From assembly GCA_048886185.1 (NCBI GenBank), contig JBHLKY010000009.1, positions 90,001 through 122,000 of the forward strand: a stretch of DNA of 32,000 nt, given 5' to 3'. Of this stretch, positions 26,491-32,000 are shown piece after piece; within the stretch, counting starts at the first letter, position 1, and each line of letters begins with the position of its first letter. The notes beneath the pieces were generated by a model. It was not told where the DNA came from. It saw only the letters and a program-made list of their open reading frames with translations, and ran no database searches. The translations under genes were made by a program, and so were the position numbers. Source of the stretch: Candidatus Hermodarchaeota archaeon. GTDB lineage: Archaea > Asgardarchaeota > Heimdallarchaeia > Hodarchaeales > Hodarchaeaceae.

Positions 26491-27149
26491 ATTTATTTTT
26501 ATGAAGTTATTGAAAGTCTCTAAGCTAATGAAATTAGAATGAGAAGAATACAGGATATTTATTATAGCAATTAGGAGACTCAGTTTAGAATTCTTGAAAA
26601 TTAGTGCCTTCTAAGAATTTAAAACCATTTTAATGTTTTTGTATCTAGAATAATGAAAATATAAAGGAATGCACAATGTGACTATTAAGGAACCATTAAG
26701 ATAGATTAATACACCTTTTTTAGTGAATATGATTATTTTTAATCACGAACTCACTAAAGTTCAGGTTTATTGAAACGCAAAAAACATATTTATTCCATTA
26801 AAAGAAAAAGGGAAAAAAAGTGGAAAGCCTAAAATCCGATCTTCTTTTTACTTTTCATTATCAAATGAATCGATTTAACATTAAAGAGAAGGTGGTTACA
26901 TCGTTTCAAAGAGAGTGAACATCTAAGCGACTGTATTCTGGTTCACTCCTGGTAGAACTTCAAGAATTATACTCTTTTCCTTTTCAGCTCCTCGTTTGCC
27001 CAATAAAGTATTTTAATGCCCTTAGAAAGAGACAAAGTATAAGCTAAAAATCACCGCTATACACATATAATCAAACAGAAGCAAAATGTTTATAGTTGAA
27101 TTGAGGATTTATGACTATTGAATCTAATACACTTAAAGGAGACAAAACT

Positions 27150-28010
27150 ATGACCCTTAAAATTAAGGTGGATAAATTAGATTTATTTTCTAAGGTACTG
27201 AATGCTGCTGCTGCTGTTTTAGAAGACGAAGGTACATTCTTAATTACCCCGCAAGATGGTATGACTCTACGTAACATGGATAAATCACGATTTGCTATGG
27301 TTGACCTGAAAATTCAACCCGCTTATTTTACTGACGAGTTTATATGTGATAAAGAGTACCTCGTTACAATCCAGATGCAAGATTTAAGGAAAATTCTTCA
27401 AAGAGCCAGAAAAGATGATACATTGACTTTAGAATTGGATGAGTCCAATGACACATTTAATTTTCTTTATGAAGGCCTTGTAAAAAGACGTTTTGTGCTA
27501 CCTCTCACGATGGCTGAAGAGAATGTTCTTCCTGATCCAACAGCGTTAAAACATGATGCACAGGCAAAATTACGTGGTGGGGCACTAACTGAATTTATTA
27601 AGGATGCAGCGATTATTGGTGGAAGTATTAAAATCACTGCTGAAACTGGAAAATTAACCTTTAGTAGTTCTCAAGATAAGAGAGAGGTTAGAATTGAAAT
27701 TCTTAGTGGCTCCGATGAATCAGAAGCTTTTGATATTACAGCTGAAGACTTATGTTCCGCACTATATTCTATTGACACATTTAAAAATCTAATCTTAGTA
27801 GACCAAGCTTTTTCAAGTGTCCAGCTTGCATTTAGTACTGATCATCCCCTGAAACTCGTTTATGAAAACGCAGAGGGAATTACCTTAGGATATCTTCTCG
27901 CACCAATGCAACCTGAAGTTGAGGAAGAAGAAGAAGATACTGAAGACGCGTATGCAGACGAAGATTGGGATGAGGAAGAAGATGAGGACTGGGACGAAGA
28001 CGACGAGTAG
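27150..28010 (+). CDS. pcn: PCNA sliding clamp with a C-terminal acidic extension
   Basis: RNMDKSRFAMVDLKI, YSIDTFK, DHPLKL, YLLAP. Lies directly upstream of the RFC genes. ATG 27150 has an AAGGAG SD (alternative start 27111). Confidence 0.88.
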   Translation: MTLKIKVDKLDLFSKVLNAAAAVLEDEGTFLITPQDGMTLRNMDKSRFAMVDLKIQPAYFTDEFICDKEYLVTIQMQDLRKILQRARKDDTLTLELDESNDTFNFLYEGLVKRRFVLPLTMAEENVLPDPTALKHDAQAKLRGGALTEFIKDAAIIGGSIKITAETGKLTFSSSQDKREVRIEILSGSDESEAFDITAEDLCSALYSIDTFKNLILVDQAFSSVQLAFSTDHPLKLVYENAEGITLGYLLAPMQPEVEEEEEDTEDAYADEDWDEEEDEDWDEDDE

Positions 28011-28061
28011 AATACAATAAAATAAGAACAATTCTAGTATAGATGAAATAAGTGGAAAGAA

Positions 28062-29048
28062 TTGGTCAATATTGAACGAATGTGGACTGAATTATTTAGA
28101 CCAAAGACTTTAGATGATGTTGTTGGGCAAACAGAGATTGTTGAACGCTTGAAGCAATTTGTACGACGTGTAGACTTTCCCCATATGTTATTCTCTGGTC
28201 CTCCAGGTGTTGGTAAAACGACTTGTGCTGAAGCAATTATCAATGAAATCTATCCTCCACCTGAACGTGGCGGTAATGTAAAACGCCTAAATGCCTCTGA
28301 TGACCGAGGCATAAATGTTGTTAGGCAAGACATAAAAAATTTTGCTAGAATTCTTCCATCAGGTTCTTCCAGTTATAAAATCATTATTCTTGACGAAGCA
28401 GATCAAATGACTAGTGATGCTCAACATGCCCTTCGACAAACAATGGAACGCTATAATGAAATCACACGGTTTATTCTTATCTGCAATTATAGTTCAAAGA
28501 TAATCAGTCCAATACAATCGCGATGTGCCATTTTTCGTTTCACAGGACTTGAAAAAGACGATATAAAGTCACGACTTCGATATATAGCAAAAAATAAGCA
28601 TTTAAAAGTCGATGAGGAAGCATTAGAAGCATTATATGAAAGCTCTGAGGGTGATCTCCGTCAAGCAATTAATGCCCTACAAGCTTCTGCTTCTCTTACT
28701 TCTGAAGTCACTGTAGATGTGATATATCAAGTTCAAGGATATGTTAAACCCACTGAAGTGAGAGCTGTGATTATGGAGTGCTTGGAAACACAGCCTAATT
28801 TTTCGAGAGCCCGTAAACATATTCAAGTATTGATGGAATCTTATGGACTTTCTGGTCAAGACATTGTTAGACATCTAAATAGAGAGCTAAACCGGATATC
28901 TAATGATGAGATACTGGAATTGGTTAAGCTAGAAGCAATATCAATGCTTTCAGAAGTAGATTATCGAATAGCTACTGGAGCTAATCCACAAATCCAATTA
29001 GATGCATTTTTGGCCAAATTAATAACAGTGGCGCAAAATCAGGGATAG
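28062..29048 (+). CDS. rfcS: Replication factor C small subunit
   Basis: WTELFRPK, GPPGVGKTT, LNASDDRG, IIILDEADQMT, SRC arginine finger, GDLRQAIN. Start is TTG 28062 or ATG 28080. Confidence 0.96.
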   Translation: MVNIERMWTELFRPKTLDDVVGQTEIVERLKQFVRRVDFPHMLFSGPPGVGKTTCAEAIINEIYPPPERGGNVKRLNASDDRGINVVRQDIKNFARILPSGSSSYKIIILDEADQMTSDAQHALRQTMERYNEITRFILICNYSSKIISPIQSRCAIFRFTGLEKDDIKSRLRYIAKNKHLKVDEEALEALYESSEGDLRQAINALQASASLTSEVTVDVIYQVQGYVKPTEVRAVIMECLETQPNFSRARKHIQVLMESYGLSGQDIVRHLNRELNRISNDEILELVKLEAISMLSEVDYRIATGANPQIQLDAFLAKLITVAQNQG

Positions 29049-29056
29049 GTGATTTC

Positions 29057-30688
29057 TTGGGTTCAGCTTGGGTGAAGAAACATGCCCCAAAGCGTCGCTC
29101 AGAGGTTATTGGTAACAAAGAAAGTGTTAATTCTATCATAGCTTACTTAAATCGTTTTCGTAACCCTCAACTGCGATCTAAACTTAATAAAAAGGCATTA
29201 TTGTTGTATGGTCCACCTGGAATAGGCAAAACTAGTTCAGTTCTTGCTATCGCTGAAGGGTTGAACTTTGATGTTGTTGCGGTTAATGCATCTGATGATA
29301 GAAATAAGAAGTCTCTTCAGAGTATCCGAAATGCTTCAATATTCAGTTCTCTAAAAGAAAATTTAGACTCTAAAATAATAGGACAGATTTTATTAATCGA
29401 TGAAGTTGATGGATTGAGTGGAACTGCAGATCGCGGAGGAATAAGGGAAATTATTGAAATAATAAATTCTACAAGAGTTCCTCTGATCTTAACAGCAAAT
29501 GACATTTCCCCACAGAAATTTAAAACACTTAGGAAATATTGTGAGCTGCGTGAGTTTAAAAATCCTTCATCTAAAGAAATCCTTGAAATTCTCCGTCGAA
29601 TTGCTCAAGCCGAATCTGTTTCAATATCTGATGAACTTCTGTTAAAATTAATTAGAATGAGTCAAAATGACATTCGTGGTTCAATTAATTCTTTACAATC
29701 TCTTTCTTCTGGAAGAAAGGAAATTGTTGAAGAAGATCTAAGTATAATTGCCTATAGAGACACCACAGCTGATTTTCGTGAATTCCTCAGAACCTTATTT
29801 GTGGAAGCTGATGGAGAGAAAGCATACAAGCAAACACGCCTATTTAATGATGTAGATTATAATAAATTACTTCTTCTTCTCAGAGATTTATCGATTCACT
29901 TCCTACCCAAACACAACTATAATCAAATAGCACAAGTTTATGAGATTCTAGCTAGGGCTGATGTAGCTTTAAGCCGCGCTCAAAGAGAAATGGTTTGGTC
30001 ACAATTAGCTTATTTCTATGTCTATTGTACAAAAGAATTAGCTAGTGTGATAACACCTGCTGTTTCATTACCTTCTCTCCCTGACTGGCAATTACAGATC
30101 CCTTCCTACTGGATTACCTTATCTCGTCAAAAAAAAGGACTAAAAATTGCCACTAAAGTCGGCCGTGTTTGTAACGTATCATCACAAGCCGCGATCGAAT
30201 ACTATCTTCCTTATCTACGATTTATTTTTCAACACAATCAGGAACTTGCTGTAGAACTGGCATTAGAGTTTCAATTTTTTGAAATTGAACCTGGAAAGCG
30301 TAAAACAAAGATCGTTTGGAATGGTGAAATAGATTATTTCATTAAAGATAAGGAAGCAAATCGAACTATTAAACAGAGGATCCGAGAGATTTATCCACAG
30401 ATAGAGCGATTCCAAAAACAAGAAATTGATACTATAACATTACAACAGATTAAGGAACAACAGAGAATACAAAGGAAGAAGTTAGAAGCGAAGAAAGATG
30501 AAGAACCTGCAACTAAAGCAAAACTTTCAAGGAAAGCTAGAAAACCTAAGGTGATAAACCAAAATATAAATGAAAATAAGCGAAACAGTAAGGAACCAGA
30601 GAAAATTAAAGACATCTCTGAAAAAGATCCGCAGAAAGAAGAGAAGAAAAAACCTGCAGCTGAGAAAAAGTTGACAGATTATTTTTAA
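29057..30688 (+). CDS. rfcL: Replication factor C large subunit
   Basis: WVKKHAPK, GPPGIGKTS, NASDDR, IDEVDG, DIRGSIN, charged linker, terminal PIP-like EKKLTDYF. TTG start with AGGTGA SD. Confidence 0.93.
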   Translation: MGSAWVKKHAPKRRSEVIGNKESVNSIIAYLNRFRNPQLRSKLNKKALLLYGPPGIGKTSSVLAIAEGLNFDVVAVNASDDRNKKSLQSIRNASIFSSLKENLDSKIIGQILLIDEVDGLSGTADRGGIREIIEIINSTRVPLILTANDISPQKFKTLRKYCELREFKNPSSKEILEILRRIAQAESVSISDELLLKLIRMSQNDIRGSINSLQSLSSGRKEIVEEDLSIIAYRDTTADFREFLRTLFVEADGEKAYKQTRLFNDVDYNKLLLLLRDLSIHFLPKHNYNQIAQVYEILARADVALSRAQREMVWSQLAYFYVYCTKELASVITPAVSLPSLPDWQLQIPSYWITLSRQKKGLKIATKVGRVCNVSSQAAIEYYLPYLRFIFQHNQELAVELALEFQFFEIEPGKRKTKIVWNGEIDYFIKDKEANRTIKQRIREIYPQIERFQKQEIDTITLQQIKEQQRIQRKKLEAKKDEEPATKAKLSRKARKPKVINQNINENKRNSKEPEKIKDISEKDPQKEEKKKPAAEKKLTDYF

Positions 30689-30730
30689 GAAGAAAATGCT
30701 TAATAGATTATGAATTTTTTTAGAATATTT

Positions 30731-31999
30731 TTAAATCTCATTTAAACGATAATTTGCTTTTTGTAGGATAAACCAAATCTCAAGTTCCTCTGCTTCTTTA
30801 GATATTCTTTTTAGAGCATTAATTCCTGTTGATTCATTACCAGTTATTAACCATAAATTAGCTCTAAGGAGATTAGAATCAAGTATGAAAGATTGTGATC
30901 CTGACATCATTGCACTTTCTTCTACAATTCCACAATGTTTCTCTGCTATTTTTAAATTACCTTTCTCCATCTCAATATAAGCTAAATTTAAGTTTGCATC
31001 AATTATAACCTTTAGATCTGCTAAATCTGTTTTTGTAATCTCTAATGCTTTCTTATACCATATTTGAGCTTTTGAAAAGTCTTGCATTAATAGGTAAATA
31101 TATGCCATGCTAAGATAGATACGTGAGAGACAATGAATGGAATTCCATTTGAGAAAAACTTTTTCTGCGCTATTCAATAATTTCAATGCTTGAGATTCGT
31201 GAGCATGTAATGCTAGGAGTTCTGCCAACAAGACAACATTTAATGGATTCAATGAGTTTTTACTTTGGAATAATGGTTGTATAATTCTAATAGCTTGAGA
31301 AAAATCTCTAAGATTACGGTATAAAGTGGCTTCAGCTCTTAAGAATCGATTGAAAGCTGGTGAGCTGGGTATTGACAGATTTTCAAATTCTTCCTTTTTA
31401 GCAAAATAAGTCTTTGCTTCTTCAAATTTTCCACGAAAGACCGAAATATGGCCTTTCATTCGATTAATCTCCAAAATTATACGATGTCTGTGCTCATCTG
31501 AGATTTTGAGGTGGCTAATTGTCCGTTCAGCAAAATTAATGTGTTTTTCTGCTTTCAGCCAATAGTTGAGACCAATCAAAGTTTGGGCATAATTCAAGTT
31601 TGCATCAAGGAAATATAATCCTTTCATCTGATCATCTGCTGCGCGAATGGTTGAATTTAGGTGGCGGAGAGCCCATTCTTGTGATTCGTTGAAACGACTT
31701 AAATTACGGAAGAAATGACTTAATCTTTCTTCAGATATCATTACAGCGAAATTTTGCTTCGATCGTGAGAACAGATCGATTTCTAAAGCTAGATTGTCCA
31801 AGGTCTCCTTATACATTCCTTGTCTCCAATAAGCATTGGATATTTCTGTATAGCAAGCTGCGACATGAATGTTATCTCTGAGGTCTTCGTATATTGCCTT
31901 TGCTTTATTTAAAAAACGGAGTCCATCTGAGATAGTTGTACTTCTTTGTCTTAATAGTGAGCCTACAATAAATGCAAACCTTGCTCCAGCTTCCTTACC
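30731..31999 (-). CDS. TPR/helical-repeat protein (5'-partial)
   Basis: The frame stays open past Met 31816 to the window edge (GKEAGARFAF...AACYTEISNAYWRQG-MYKE). TPR-like helices such as LSRIYLSMAYIYLLMQDFSKAQIWYKKALEI and ANLNLAYIEMEKGNLKIAEKH. Confidence 0.8.
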   Translation of the reverse strand, partial: GKEAGARFAFIVGSLLRQRSTTISDGLRFLNKAKAIYEDLRDNIHVAACYTEISNAYWRQGMYKETLDNLALEIDLFSRSKQNFAVMISEERLSHFFRNLSRFNESQEWALRHLNSTIRAADDQMKGLYFLDANLNYAQTLIGLNYWLKAEKHINFAERTISHLKISDEHRHRIILEINRMKGHISVFRGKFEEAKTYFAKKEEFENLSIPSSPAFNRFLRAEATLYRNLRDFSQAIRIIQPLFQSKNSLNPLNVVLLAELLALHAHESQALKLLNSAEKVFLKWNSIHCLSRIYLSMAYIYLLMQDFSKAQIWYKKALEITKTDLADLKVIIDANLNLAYIEMEKGNLKIAEKHCGIVEESAMMSGSQSFILDSNLLRANLWLITGNESTGINALKRISKEAEELEIWFILQKANYRLNEI

Positions 32000-32000
32000 T

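Noticed and set aside
26458-27110. Replication origin in the AT-rich spacer next to pcn-rfc
   Set aside because: Only a partial AGTGGAAA (~26819) resembles an ORB. No repeated ORBs with G-strings and no orc1/cdc6 gene in the window.
26458-27110. tRNA, SRP RNA, RNase P RNA or CRISPR array in the spacer
   Set aside because: No cloverleaf or TpsiC motif, no SRP helix-8 or RNase P GAGGAAAGUCC signature, no regularly spaced direct repeats.
6798-30615. Remaining short ORF-track entries (e.g. 6798-7010, 9222-9488, 12835-13077, 15700-15903, 15858-16064, 16082-16303, 17212-17421, 21218-21439, 24550-24753, 25637-25906, 29317-29505, 30391-30615)
   Set aside because: All overlap longer motif-supported genes on the other strand or in another frame, and lack SD or family signatures.
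1-32000. Selenocysteine/pyrrolysine readthrough, frameshifts, pseudogenes, IS elements
   Set aside because: Recognised genes are full length for their families. No in-frame stop splits a domain, and no transposase, integrase or terminal inverted repeats were seen.

Overview
AT-rich archaeal chromosomal window, most likely from an Asgard archaeon (Heimdallarchaeia-like; lineage is an inference). The archaeal markers are Alba, CDP-archaeol synthase, and a PCNA-RFC small-RFC large cluster. The pointer to Asgard is a eukaryote-like longin/uDENN motif and a TPR protein. Left to right: (1) the 3' part of a giant (>1820 aa) single-pass surface glycoprotein with 11 tandem DxDGD-type Ig/cadherin-like repeats and a cytoplasmic domain resembling the folliculin/SMCR8-type uDENN longin; (2) a ~13.3 kb acyl-CoA block: ring-opening hydrolase Oah of the anaerobic benzoyl-CoA pathway, thiolase, 3-hydroxyacyl-CoA dehydrogenase, acyl-CoA ligase, IorA-PaaI-IorB, an orphan citrate lyase alpha subunit (CitF), and an ATP-citrate-lyase-like pair built from SucC/SucD-like ligase parts fused to a citryl-CoA lyase/citrate synthase hybrid domain; (3) housekeeping and hypothetical genes (alba, carS, AIR-synthase family, anchored HExxH metallopeptidase, galactokinase-like); (4) pcn-rfcS-rfcL, with PCNA carrying an unusual acidic, Trp-containing tail; (5) a 5'-truncated TPR protein. 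No tRNA, rRNA, CRISPR array or mobile element was seen. All family calls are by-eye motif recognition, not database searches.
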